Assembly: GCA_964016885.1 (NCBI GenBank)
Contig: OZ024743.1
Coordinates: 20,708,001-20,772,000, forward strand
DNA from: Eledone cirrhosa
Taxonomy: Eukaryota
Length of the DNA stretch: 64,000 nt
Direction of reading: 5' to 3'
The notes under the pieces are model-generated. The model searched no databases and was not told the origin of the DNA. It saw only the letters and a list, made by a program, of their open reading frames with translations. This document shows positions 27,323 through 41,578 of the stretch, piece after piece (the first letter of the stretch is position 1; the number at the start of each line of letters is the position of its first letter). A program made the position numbers and the translations under genes.

Positions 27323-28708
27323 CCAATTAGCATTCGCATTAATTTTCAAATGTCATGCTTATCTGTTCGCATTATTTTGAGAATAATTATTTCTACTTTT
27401 GGCACAAGGCCAGCAATTACCCAGTGCAATACCAGTAATGCACTGGTTATGGCTGGCCTTGTGCCAAAAGTAGAAACAATTATTTTGAGTTAATCATACT
27501 CAAGAGGGTTATCAATTTTATTTGTTTGTAATTTTCTTAATTTTCTATGTGCAGGCTCGAAATTTTGTCAGTAGATGTTTAAATATCAATAATTTACAAT
27601 TATATAATTTTACCTGATTTTTTTTGGTTAAATTTGACTTTTATGGGCAGGTGAAATTAATTAATAGTGGCATTTGAAGTATCAACCAGGTGCAAATACT
27701 GGTTTAATTTTAAATATGTTGTTTTTGGCATAATACTTGATATAGAAGGATCACTAAACCTTATATCAGTGCTCCAGTAATTCCACAGTCTTGGAAATTG
27801 TTTTATACCGAAGATAATATTTACGGTAAAAATTGCTTGCATTTCCACAGCATCTGTCAGTTGCCAAACAGATCGGGTTTTCCTTGATTTGAAATCTGTT
27901 GTTGGGCATATCAATTAATCTCTTCTGCCACAACTTCGAAGAAAGTTTGTGGTAAAAACAAAAAGAAATAATCCAGTGCTTTAGCATCAGGAGCTAATGT
28001 GTGTTGTGGACCAGTAGTTTGAATAAAATCGGGAACATATATTGGTGTGGTATTTTTCAACCATGTTGCTGTAATATTTTCAATGGCGTCCTAGAGATCT
28101 GCTTCGTTTTCACTTTCAAAACAACAATCATCGTCAGATGAAATTTCAGAAATGTAAACATCTGATTCATTTGAAGATAAATCGCTAATATTATCCAGTA
28201 TCGGTAGAGGGTCGGACGCCATGCTTTCCAGCATAGTTACGTCCCTTTATGATCTGAGTTCAAATCCCGCCGAGGTTATCTTTGCCTTTCATCCTTACGG
28301 GGTCGATAAAATAAAGTACCAGTAATGTACTGGGATAATTGCTGGCTTTGTGCCTAAAGTAGAAATGATTATCTTTTGTTTCTTGTTTATTCTGAATGTC
28401 ATCGTGTGTAAAACCTTCAAAGTCGGTATCGCTACTTTCACAAGCCATGTTGATAAACAAAAAATCTGTTCTACTTTCAATGTTAAAAAAACACATGTTG
28501 TTTTAAGTTGTTTCACTATATTAATTGTTAATTTTCGTGGTAAGGGCCTAATCTCGTAGTAATTATCAAATTGACGAGATTTTGATGGTGGTTTGTTTAT
28601 TTTTAGAACAATATTTTAGTGTGGGTATTATCAGCCGGTTTCGGGCGGTTTGAGCAAATGAAGGGGAAATAATTTTGGCCGGTTTCGGGCGGTTTGAACA
28701 CTAAAGGG
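27323..28708 (-). mobile_element. Internally deleted piggyBac transposon with nested SINE insertions
   Basis: TTAA at 27319-22 and 28709-12; TIR ccctttagtgttc versus ccaattagcattc; subterminal repeat gccggtttcgggcggtttga twice; PGBD-like peptide GIKQFPRLWNYWSTD...IMPKTTYLKLNQYLHLVD; SINE at 28196-28372. Confidence 0.82.
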
Positions 28709-30134
28709 TTAAGTACCATGTAACTGATTTTAGGACAAGCTTTTTTTAAAGTTGATGGATAATTTCTTGTTTCTCATTTCACTTTTGAAATCAAATCCTT
28801 ATAAAGTGACTCATCAATAGTAGATCTACTACAGCTAATTCAACACAAATGCTCAGGTAGTGTTTATCTTATAGTCTGTTTATGGAGATGAAATGTCATA
28901 TAGTATCTTTATATTATGTCTTCAAATCCCAACAAATGTCACTTTATTTTTTCCCTCCTGTGTTAATAACAAAATAGGTATCAGCAATGTAAAAGAGTCA
29001 ATTACATTTACTGTACATCTTTGTTACAAATGTGAGGCCTTGTATCAAACTGACAACACATATTTATTAAACATGCACTGCACCTTATATCAAATTGACT
29101 CTATAGTCTTTTATTCCAAATGTGTTATCTTTACCCATCTTGACTACACATCTTTATTAAAAATGTATTACATTTTGTATCAAATTGTCTGTACATGTGT
29201 GTGTTGGCTTGTATCAAATTGACTAAATGTTTTTATTAAAAATGTGTTACGCCTTGTCAAATTTAGAAATCCTTATTTTCAAGACCCAAGATATATCTTT
29301 TTCTTTATTTTTCTTCATATTTAAAAAATATGTTCTCAGTTGGCTGGTACTATTATACTAGTCACAGGTTAAATAAATATGTTCTCAGTTTCAGCAAAAT
29401 GTCACTACCTTCCCCCAAACATTACCACTACTTTTATCAACATCATTACCACCACCATTTTATATCCATTTTTTCATATTTACATAGATTAGCTGAGTCA
29501 TCTCCAGTATAGCATTTCACCTCATGTTTCTTTTGTCATCCCCTTTGTGAGGTGTAGTTTCTTGAGATTACTTTTCACTACTACTGCCCATGTCTTTCTT
29601 GGCCTTCCTCTTCTTCAACTTCCTTACGCTTGGACTTGGAACTCCTAGCTGTATGCAATCTTCTTTGCAAATATTTCATTCCTCTTTCACCCATTTATTT
29701 TCTCTCAGTTCATCCATGCACACTAACAATTCAATAACAGTTCAATAAATCGAATTAAATGATGAAATAAATATATCTCTACTTCATGAAATATAACATT
29801 TCCTTCGTAAAAACTTCCAAACATTTCCTTCTCTTTCAGTTATTTTTTATTTGGGATTAGGTATTGGATTAATTTAAAAAGTTAACATTTCAATCAATAA
29901 GTTTGAGGACTTGTAACAAAATTTCTATAAAACTTAGTTCTTGCTTATATAATTACTATAAATATAACATTGACTCAAGCAAGGTCGTCTGGTAAAGATG
30001 GTTCATATAAATCCATGTGTTTTCAGGTCAGACCCCACTATATAGCAGCTTGAGCAAATGATTTCTACAATCGTTTCAAGTTGACCAATACTTTATGAGT
30101 TTGGTAAACAAAATCTGTGAAGAAGCTCATCATA

Positions 30135-31360
30135 TACAAATGTGAGTCTATAAAACTGCCTTAAAAGGTCTTGTTCAAGGCATGTTGTTTATGACCTTGG
30201 TTGCACGTACATCTTTGTTTCAACATGACCGATTGTGACAGTCGTGAGTTATTGCAGTTTATGTAAGGCATGTTTATAACTACAGTTAAATTTATGATGC
30301 AGGAAAACATAGAACAACTTTATGTGATCAAATTGTGTGTGAAACTCAACAAATCTGTCACTGAAACATTTAATTCTTAAACACAATCTTATGGAGATGC
30401 CACTGAAGTAAGGTCTTTAAGTGGTACAAAGCTTTCAAAGAAGGCCAAGAAAATATTGAAGATGAATGTGATTCTAGAAAGCCAATTGTGTCAACAAATG
30501 AACAAAATGTGGAAGTCGAGTGAGTGCTGATGGCAAAACATAGCCAATTAACTGTTAGGATGATTGCTGAAGAAACAGGTGTGGATAAAAATATAGTTCA
30601 CACAATATTATCAGACCATTTGCATTGGAGAAAAAATTATGCAAAACTAGTGCCCAAACGTTTGTCTGTGGAGCAAAAAGCAAACCAGTTGGAAATTTGT
30701 CAGGATTTGCTAGAAACACTTGAAATTAAGCCACATTTCTTGGATAAAGTAATAATAGATGAATCGTGGGTGTTCAAGTATGATCCAGAGACAAAACAGC
30801 AAAGTAAGGAGTGACAAACGAAAAAGGAGCACATCCAAGATGAAAACAATGATTATCATTTTTTTTACAGCCATGGTATTATTCACAAAGAATGTTTACC
30901 TCCAACAACAGACAGTGTAATAACATCTTCTACAAAAATGTCTTGGAATGACTTCAAAAACTGGTCCAGTGAATCTGAAAGTTCATTGCAGGAGATTGCA
31001 CCATAATAATATGCCTGTTCACACAACACTTTCAAATAGGGAATTTCTTGTGAAGTAAAACATTCCCACTCTTCCACATCTTCCCTACAGCCCAGATCTA
31101 GCTCCATATGATTGCTACCTCTTCCTTAAGTTGAAATTGAAGTTGAAGGTCATCATTTTCGGGCTGAGGTAAACATACAAAAAATTGTAACCAGTGAGCT
31201 AAGGACACTCACAGAAAATGACTTCTGGCACTGCTATGATCAATAAAAAAAATGTTGGAACCAAGGGTTGTATTTAGAAGGAGAGGACTTGTAATTTTAT
31301 GTACATCTAGTATACTTTTGAATAAAAGCATCAGTACTCTTACTTTTGGGAAAAATCTCA
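30135..31360 (+). mobile_element. Decayed mariner (Mos1-like) transposon
   Basis: LTVRMIAEETGVDK...AKLVPKRLS...DESWVFKYDPETKQQSKE; downstream PYSPDLAP..LFLKLK-like sequence; multiple stops. Confidence 0.9.
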
Positions 31361-32159
31361 TACTTAGTATATCTTAATTTAAAAAAATAGATGTCATTTA
31401 GGTTTGACTTTGCCTTGCATCCATTCATGCTTGATAACAAGAGAACATGCAGTATATCGGTATCATTTGACTATACCAACTTCCCTGTGTAACTTTCATG
31501 TGTGTTTTGTTCAAATAAATCAATATTAGGTACCCACAGCTAACATGTAAAGAACATGTCATGTAATTCAAGCTAGATATGAGCACACTGAATTTCTTTT
31601 ATGTTTCTTTATCATTTCAAACAAGTAGTTATGGATTAGTTGTTTATTTCAATATCAAAGCTAAAGCATTATTTTCACAGGGTGCAATTTGTTTGATAGC
31701 ATTGTGATGGTAGAAATCAGAGTAAAGATATACGGAGTTAATCAAATAAGTGAGTAATAGAAAATGTAGGAATCATTTTATTTCGATAATTATCATGGAA
31801 TTAACAAATAAATCAAGATTATACTTCATTCTGATTTAACTGATCAAATGAACTCCATTTTCCAGCTACATAGTCTGGCTCTTGATTATACTGTGTTCAG
31901 TATACTCTATAAATGTAACTGATCAGAGCTATATAATGAATTAGTTAGTAATAAAACAGCCTACAAAAATAGTAGATAGTGTTTTTGTCTCTGTTATTTT
32001 GAATAAAGTTAATTTTAATGTCAAAGTTCCAAAAACGCTGGAAAACTTTTATGAGGAACAATAAGTGGTGTATGGGAGAGAGAAAGAGAGAGAGAAAAGT
32101 AAGAGAAATAAAATACACAGCAATAGAAATGTCGCATTTATAAAATTAGTAGTCACAAA

Positions 32160-33020
32160 GCATCATTATCATCGTTTCAATTCCATTTTCCTTTGTCATC
32201 TCCTCTGCGAATCTCAGATATTTGAGATGAACTCTCACTGCCTCTGCCCAGGTCTTTCTTAGTTTACCTCTACTGTGGCTTCTTTCCACTGGGATTTCCT
32301 GACACTTCTTCACCTAGCAACCATCATCTATGCACATCACATGTCCACATCATCGTAGTCTTCTCTCTTCTGATTCCTCTTCTGATTCCTCTTAAACCCA
32401 GTTTTTCCCTCAGATTATCCAAGCACTGCCTTTCTTTCACATTTACATTGTACATCCAACGAAGCATGGTTACTTCATTTTTGTCCAGTCTACACACATC
32501 CTCTGCAGTCACTATCATGTATTACACTTCACACACAGGTCTCATACTGTCATACTTATGTATGTAGGGAGAAACCTTTTGTTGTTAACAGCTGGAGTAG
32601 CTCTCTAAACGTCTTCATTCATATCCTAATTCTAGCTATCATGCCTCCACTGCCAATCAAGTCACTAAGATAGCAGAATCTATCAACCACTTCCATGGAT
32701 CCTCCCTCTGATTGGAAAAGGTTTATATCACTGACGCTCTCCCTAACAATTAACCTTTAGTATTTCTACATACAAAGTCTTCCCTTCCTGCTAGTCTACC
32801 TGTTATCCCACTACATTTCTTGTGTAACAAGATTTACATTGTGTACATTGTATAGCGTTTATGGCTACTCTGTTTCTACATTTTGAGCAAAGCCACTTCC
32901 CTGGGGGAATCAGGATACTCTCTTCTTTTCTACTTACTAATACTTTAGTTTTGGCTAAGTTTACTCTCACAAACTTTTGATTCCAAATTCTGTTTCCATA
33001 GCCAGAGTTTACTCTCTAGT
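32160..33020 (-). mobile_element. Decayed RTE LINE fragment of the same type as 23050-25240
   Basis: RLDKNEVTMLRWMYNVNV...LREKLGLRGIR, FCYLSD, Cys-rich insert remnant. Confidence 0.8.
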
Positions 33021-36000
33021 CCTTTTATGAAGAAAATAAAGAAGGTTTGTCAATAAAGTCGTAAAATAAATAAATAAATATATATCAGTTGAGAGAAAAA
33101 GTAAATGATAAATGAAAGAGAATGAGAGATGGGAAGAGAAGTAAAATGCAGAGTGTCTGTCTAAAGTGAGGTAGAAGTTGAACAAATGATTGTTACATAA
33201 GAAGGAGAGACAGGTTTAGAAATACATATTAAAATGAGAAGAAAAAAAATGAAACTTATTCGTACTTAAAGGGCACTGTTAATAATGTTAAAATAATAAA
33301 GATACTGAATAGAAGACTATAAAGAAAAATACAAATGTTTCCATTATTTTCCACTTTTACCTCAAACATAATTATTTTCATTTTAATTGCATAATTTTCA
33401 GATGTGTTTAATGTTTACATTGAATTTGTTAATGTGGCTTTTAAAATCTGTCTTTTTATCATTGCAAATTCATTGGAAAAGTTCCATTGAGTTACTAACT
33501 GTATGATTTAAGTCATAGAGTCCATTTGTTGAAACGATTACTAAAATGTTATATTCTGAATAATCTATTACATCTTTAATTCTATATTTATTTAATGTTT
33601 CTTTAAATTGAAATATTTTTTGCTCATTTATTTTATTTTGCATTTGTAATACTAATCTATTTGAAAATCATTTTATTTTTTTTACTTTATATGATTCATA
33701 TGTTTTGGCATGTGTGTATATATATATATATATGTGTGCGCATGTGTGTATACACACACACATGCATATATATATATATTACATTCAAAGTTATAGATGT
33801 CATGTTTGAGATAATCTCGATAATTTGTCTTGTCTCCCAAAATAAGCTCAAAGAATAAATCCAAACATTTAATTATTACAAAATAGTCAATGACAGAAAT
33901 ATACACATAAATATCTAATGATATAAATGTATAATAGGACATATCAAACTTTAACAAGAGACAATCTGTATAGAATGTAAGAATACATAGTTTGTTACAG
34001 TATCATAATAACATTTAACAAAAATTTAAAACATAGATACCTGATAAAAATCCTATATATCGCCCTCATATATATCCTTCACCAATCATGAATACATTTC
34101 ACCAATTATCGGTGCCGTTAGATAATCGATTTGGATCGTCAGTGAGGGAAACCGATCTAACTAAACTTACACCTGTTAACATACAGAACTGACGATGACA
34201 AGAGAAGTACATGGTATTATTAAAAAACCAACACACACGGTCATCACCTGAAATGATATGAAAGCTTTCACGCCAACTAGAAATAGCAGTCTATATTTTC
34301 TTGGGAAATTCATAAAATACATGTCTAGAAAATATTTTTATCAATATTCATTTGTGTAGTAAACAGATTTGATAATTCACAATTAAAATATAAATTTTAC
34401 TTCATGAGGATTATGCTGCCAATAAAGTTGAGTAGGTAAGTTGGTTAGTTTAATAACAAGTTGGTTATTTAATTGTTAATTGTCAAAGTTTTTTGTTCTG
34501 ATTTTATTCTATCTACTCTATTCTGTATGGAGTAGAGAGAACATGATCAGAACAAAGAGGAGATGCAAAGGAGCAAGAATAAACATTGAGAATCTTACTG
34601 GATGTGTAACAAAAGAGCTTTGATAATTAAGATTAAACAATCACCCAGTTATTAAACTACCAATGAATGGATTACTCAACTACTAATATACTGAAGTGAA
34701 ACTCAACTGGTGCATATGTTTTTATTAGCAGCATGAACCTCCGAAAGTATAACAATATGTTTCGACCCATGATTTCACATCAAGAATCTTGATTGAAGTG
34801 TATAGAACTGAGTTTTCTGAAAATGTAATGTAAGATATGTCTCCATATTTTGTGTTCAGCTTCTTGTGGCTGTCATAGGTTTCAGTGCAGACACTCAATA
34901 ACATGATGACATGCTACTTGCTTGTCCACTGACAGATATCCCCCATCCTCGAGCAAGCAACATGTAACCTGATGCTTGACCTCCCATCTTACACTTGCCA
35001 TTGCCTCCCCCAGTTGGGCCAAGGACCCAACAACCATCCAAAGGTCATAATGAGGTAGAACTAGTGACATGATAAAATACACCTAGTCCACCCTGTATAG
35101 TGGTAGTGCTGCTGCCACGACAAAAGCACCCAGTCCACCCAGTAAGGTGGTTGTGCTAGTGTCGCTACAAAATACAGCTCGTCCACTCTGTAAGGTGATC
35201 ATACTGGTGCGATGACAAAAAGTTCCCAGTACAAGTTGTAAAGGGACTGACTTTAGGATGTATGTTCAGCTATTGAAAACCATGCCAAAAAGTAAAAGAA
35301 CTGTATAAGCAAGGAATGGTCACTTCACATATCTATTGTCATAACAAGGCAGCCTGTTCAACCCATGCAAGCATGGAAAATTGATGTTAAACGATGATGA
35401 TAATGATAATTCAAAAACCTATTGTCTGTGCAACCATCTATACTTACACACACAAGTATACACTTTCTCTTGGAATTCAGTACACTTCAGCAGTCACATT
35501 CAGTTATTCCTATAGTCATACTCCAACATCTCTTCTAGCAGAATCAACTTAGTTTCTTCTGCAGCAGTCATATCAAAACTACCTCATTTAGGTTCTAAAG
35601 ATTTCCTACAACTAAAGATGTCTGGCATAAGAAAGATTTTTTGCATCTATCAATAAACCAGGCAAGGAACAAAGGAAGTCACACGTAGAAAGAGTTCTTG
35701 CCTGAAAAAGACCCATCAGTATAGAAAAGTCAATGTAAAAATGATGATGATAATGATAATTAACCTGCATGAAGAAAGTAATAAAGGAAAAGGCTATCAT
35801 ATGTGATTTACAGTTGTATCATTTTACTATCTCCACTATTATTTAGCCAAGGTAATTGTCTTAGATGCAGTAGATGGTTCAATCACCCTGTAATTGATGA
35901 TAATGACAAGGAATCAATAAGGACCTGTCTATGCAATGGAGAAATAGTTCATTCTCTGGATGGAAGACTGGATACAAATATCTGAATATATAACCCTACT

Positions 36001-36705
36001 TACAATTCAAACTATTGCTCAAAATAGTTTCAAATAGAGTGAAGTAATTTGAAGAAACATTATTTCAATACCAGATGTATCTCTATCCAGAATTTGAAGG
36101 GCAGTGAGTTGATAGTATCGGTAGAGCATCAGACAACATGCCTTGTAGCGTATAGTTACATCCCTTCATGTTCTGAGTTTAGCTTTGCCTTTCATCCTTA
36201 CAAGGTTGATAAAATAAAGTACCAGCAACACAAGGAAGTCGATTTAATCGACTTTCTTCTTTCTCTTCAAATTGGTGGTTCTCACCTGATTCTCACTTTT
36301 GGCTCTGGGACATTTTTCATCCCTACCCCTTTAACTGCTTTTGCTGGCAGGCTGAATATAGTGAGGGATTTGATGCTTGGAGGGGATATGGGCACTGCCA
36401 AGCATTTCTAAGGTCCATTGAAATGCCTTGAGCACATAGTTAAAAGTATAAAGTGGCACCCCTAAATTAACTGCATCAGTTACAGGAACTTTATTGATTG
36501 ATTCTCAAATTGTTGAAGGATCTAATAGATGAGGGTTATAAAGAAAACTTTCAAGCCAGTTATGGTTGCTTTAATCACTTCATAAAAACTGATACAATCT
36601 GCATAATGTTTAAGTAACATAGAAGCAATGAGTGTTGAAGTTGGAGCAGATTAGAAGTTTATTGAGCTTGGGATGAATGAATTAGAGGAGAAGGATATTT
36701 AGCAG

Positions 36706-37214
36706 TAGGGTGGCTCCAATTAATCAGCAGATAATCAATATCAGCCATGTCGGCTATTTTGGCAATTAATTTGTATCAGTTTTTTTGCTGATTAATCAGG
36801 TTTGATAATTTGTCGTTATTGTTTTGGAGTAAGAAAGCCATGGATGATAGAATTTCAGAAAACATATTGTACAAATACTTAAGAAATATTATTTCCAAAG
36901 ACACACGATCTAAGCCAACCAGTGTATTACAAATTTGTTCCTAATATTCAAATATGTTGAACTACGCAAGTGGGAATTAGTTTGAAATTTCCAAGAAGCT
37001 TATATATGTTACCTCCTAAAGTAAAATCAGCCTAATTTTGTCATCATGTGCTCTCAAATAATAGCTCCATAATTGTAATTAATTATAATATGCATTTTCA
37101 TATTCCATTAGATAATTACATCATAGATAATCAGCAGCTGATTAATCAACATCAGCTGATAAGGCAAGTCAAATTAATACGTAATCAGCCAATTTACTTA
37201 TCAGTGTATCCCTA
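36706..37214. mobile_element. hAT-type MITE with a perfect 8-bp TSD
   Basis: tttagcag|TAGGG ... CCCTA|tttagcag; subterminal taatcagc/gctgatta motifs clustered at both ends. Confidence 0.78.
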
Positions 37215-37399
37215 TTTAGCAGAAGAGGTTTTTTATTAAGACAAGACTGGTTTATATTGAGAGAGGATGCTTAAACAAATATACATAAAAAAGCAAAAGG
37301 TATGCTTGGCTTTAAGGAATTTAAGGATCAGTTACTAGCAAAGAATATAGCTTAAACCTTTTCTCATCTCCCATTCTGAAAACCTGCATTCATTTAAAC

Positions 37400-38950
37400 A
37401 TATTAATAGAACCAATCTAGCTGCTTTCTACTGAACAAACAAGAAAACATGGATAATAAAAATATTGTTTGAAAACTGATATTCAAACTACTTTATTTCA
37501 AATGTACAACAATATTGCATTGAAAGTGAAATCCTGTTCAAGATTTTATTAATTTTAGATATTATTCAGATGTAAGAGTAATCCACATACCACCTAATTC
37601 CTATCATTCCACCTTTGAACCAAGGGGCTATAACTGCATTTAAAGCATATTATCTGCAATTAATGTTTGTTCAAGTTAGGGAGGTGGATTGTGTATTGGC
37701 AGAATTGGTAGAGAAATGACTAAAATGCCATTGTGGTATTCATTTTGGTACTTTACATTCTGAGTTCAAATTTTACTGAGGTCAACTTTGCCTTTTATCC
37801 TTGTCAGGACGATAAGGTAAACTACCAGTCAAATATTGGGATTGATCTAATCAACTTTGCCCTTCCCTCAAATGTTCTGGCATTGTGCTCAAATTAGAAA
37901 TTAATTTTTGATCAAGCTATAGCATCAATAGACAATGAGACTGTAGGGTTTAGAGAGTTGTAGAAAAATCACAATATTATTCAGTGCATCAAATATATTG
38001 CAGTAGCATGGAAGAATATAAATTTTAACATTATAAATGGAATATAGAAACAGTGTCTCAAATACTGTATTAATACATTTGCAGGTTTTCACAAAGAAGA
38101 GATGGTTAGAATTAAAGGTAGCATTATGAAATTGTCCAAAACTCTTTAATTAAATGTAGAACTGAATGATGTGGAGTAGACAACTTAAAGAACTGTCAGA
38201 TGAAAACCTCATTGGATTAAAAACAGATTTATAGAAAAGGAAAGAAGGGAACCAAGAAATTTATTTTACTGTGTAGGGTTTCAAAGCCATGTTGTTTCGA
38301 TTTGAATGGAAATCATGGACCAGAACATCAAAATATTCACTAAAGGTGAAAGTTATATCAAAGCAATACAAGATTAGAAAACATACAAAGATAAAAAGAG
38401 AGTATTTGAACAAGATTCAGTGCATTCTTCAAAAAGGTGAGAAGAAATTTCACTTCAATTTCATTACTCCCAACCCAGCCAACAAACGTCTTATTCTTAA
38501 CACAGCAAGACTCTGTCCCATAAAGCTTATATATTAGATTTTATTGAGAAGCCAATACATTTTAATTTTTCAGAAGCACAAATTTAGTACTACTAACTGT
38601 TACAAGCTTGCTACTAAACTTCACTTACTCAAATTTACCCCTACTGCTCTGGCTGTTTCAAACTGTCTAGACAATGTTACCATTGTTACTATGGCTGGGT
38701 CACTCTAGCTATGGCTAATGCATTTTAAGACTGGCATTTATAAACTATTTTTATTGTTTTTGATATGTTTATTAGTAATACATTGTGTTTGACAACAAAT
38801 CCTCTTGTTTTGTTTTTGTAATTTCGCCATTGTATAAAATACATTCTGTAAAATGTATTAGTGTGTTTTGTATTATCATACATTGTTTTGTTATAATCTG
38901 TATTTGTGTTTTAATATAAAATGAAATAATAGTATTAGTTGTAGAGTCAG
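37400..38950 (+). mobile_element. Decayed pogo/Tigger transposon with a nested SINE (about 37681-37905)
   Basis: IPPLNQGAITAFKAYYLQ resembles the DDE_1 motif QP(L/M)DQG.I..FK.YY; the SINE is flanked by similar ttgttcaagtta/ttgatcaagcta. Ends approximate. Confidence 0.7.
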
Positions 38951-39392
38951 TATATACAAGAAATACATATAAAATATCTTAACCTACTTACAAGACTTTT
39001 CGCTGTTATGACTCAATGATTTTACAGCATATATTTCATATGCATTATTGTCATATGTATGTCTTGTGCATCTGCCTGAATATGTGACAAACTGCTTTCT
39101 AAAGTGCTGCCAAAGAAATAAAATAGAAATTGCTTTGTATGTGTCCTAGACTTCTTGTGCTGTGTTGAGTTGGAGCCATAGCAATCAAGAAAAGAATACT
39201 GCCATTAAATGACCCACACACTCAAAAGACTTAACACAGTCTAATCCAAAATGATCTTGTAGGTGTCACCATAAAGTTTTTTATGCAATGTGTTGTTACA
39301 ACAATATTATCTTAGGACCAAATGTCAGGGAGTATGCCTCTCTCTTTCTCTCTCACTACCCCTATCTCATTAATAAACACACACACACACAC

Positions 39393-39423
<31 letters not shown>

Positions 39424-40692
39424 TACATACATACATATATATGATGACTACAACTCGATTTCGAGTAATGCTATCTCTTGATACTGAAGCATGAGCATCA
39501 CAGTCATGGCTTTTTTGTCATGCTAAGGATTGCCTATGGCCAGCCATGTCATACATTGCAAAAAAATGTCACTTATCAAGCGATGCCTGTGCTTGAAGCT
39601 GTTTTATGTGAGAAAAGGCTTTGCATGGGCCAATCCCACTCTCTGAACATCGAATGCATTTACCCCAAAAGTAGTTTACATCATTGGATGCAAATGAAGT
39701 CACAGGTTTTATATCAGTACTCCAGGTAGATGGAACTTGTCATCCTATAAGGGCCATCCATCTAAGTGAAAGAAAACCTCTGGTGCCTTGTGGCTATATC
39801 CACTTATAGGCAAGACTTTGGGAGTAAATGCCGAGGATAAATCTGGAGCCGGTGACCCTAAAGAAGTTTGATGTTATATTCAACCTTGTTCTGGCAACTC
39901 CGGCTCCACAGATGCTAAGTTGTATTGGTTCCTTCTCTTCCTTTGAACAACACCAGTGGTGTGGAGAGAGGAGCTGTGCTGTATGGGCATCTACCAATCT
40001 TCCATGCAACCCTGCCCATGCCTGTACCCTGAAGAGGACATTCCAGCATTACCAAACTGTGACAGCAAAACATGGAAAGTCTACTGGTTATATGCCTACA
40101 TAGGCATAGATCCATGGTCTTTCAAGACCAATGAATGCCAAGGATTATATATATATATATACATACATACATATACATACATATTTGCATACCCCTCAGA
40201 AATGATGGGTTTTATAGTAAAAAATATTTGATTAAAACATTTCTAGATTACATCATTCTATGTGATGATTCTTGAATTACCAAGTTTTCCTTGACTTTCA
40301 ACATTTTCCTTCTACTATCCCCTCACCACTGTCACCATTAGTACTAACTTTAACTCCTCCCCTCACCAGTATCTCATCATCATTTTATCACCTCCCCATC
40401 TTCAGCTTGAACTAAAAGATGGAAGATGATTAATAGATGTTTTATATGCACTGACGCACACACATATGGAAAGGCAACAAAAGATATTGGACATGTGTGT
40501 GTGTATATATATGATGATAGTAATACACTGCCATTGTCATAGACATTATTAGTGAAAGCACATACTGTATGTTATCAGGAGTTGTACTTGCATCTTGTCA
40601 AGCCTCAACATCAAAACTGCCTTTCATCCTTTCAAGGTCAACAAAAAAAAATGTACCAGTGCAGTAGGAGGGGTTTTCAATTATCTACCCTC

Positions 40693-40723
<31 letters not shown>

Positions 40724-41447
40724 AGAAATTGACTGTTTCTTGATCTGGAGAGTGATGGGATCTGCCAGGTTTGAATGCCTATGACGTGTGTGTTTTTCTT
40801 TTCCCATTATTCATTTACTTTTATCTATCATTTGCTCTCTCTCTATATTTCTATTTATTTCTCTTTTATATCTCCATTTCTTTCTCATTCTTTTCATTTA
40901 CCTTATATGTTCTGCTATTGTCATGGCGAATGCTCTCTCTTTCCCTTTTTCTTCTCCCCTCACACCCTCTCTGTTTTTCTCTCTCTCATTGCTGTAGAAC
41001 CTTTCTTTTATTCCACAGTTTCCATTTAAACAATTTATCATACCTCAAAAATTATTCCATTAAAAAAAAACAGACAATATGTGGATGTAAATATGTATGT
41101 TTTTGTGGAGGAAATGCATACATAATATGAAGCATCCTAGCTTGCATGTGCACACACACTCGCATGCACACACACACAATAAATAGTACACATGTCACAT
41201 AATATTTTTAATTCACTTTTAATTACAAACATCTTTCCGATAATATATTTATTCAGAATTACAATTATAGAGGAAATGTCCAGTGGCTGAGTTATCACTT
41301 TCCTGAGCATTGTCAGGTACTGCTGCTAGTATATCATCATCATCATAATCATCATTTTACGTCCGCTTTTCCCTGCTTGTAATCTTAGGTTCAATGAGGG
41401 GTAACCACAGTAAAAAAGGTACTTAATACATTAATAGTGTAAACATC

Positions 41448-41578
41448 AAATTTAATATAGAAATCGCTTCTACAGGACTAGAACTGTTTCATTCGAAGGA
41501 AATCATCAGTGCTTTCTTGATGATTTCTGTCAAATGAAAGAGTTCTAGTCCTGTGGAAGCGATTTCTATATTAAATTT
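41448..41578. repeat. Inverted repeat (about 60-bp arms) with hammerhead-like cores near its centre
   Basis: aaatttaatatagaaatcgcttc...gaagcgatttctatattaaattt. The - strand reads CTGATGA-tttc-cttc-gaat-GAAA-cagt-TC; the + arm reads ttgatga...gaaa-gagt-tc. Confidence 0.8.
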
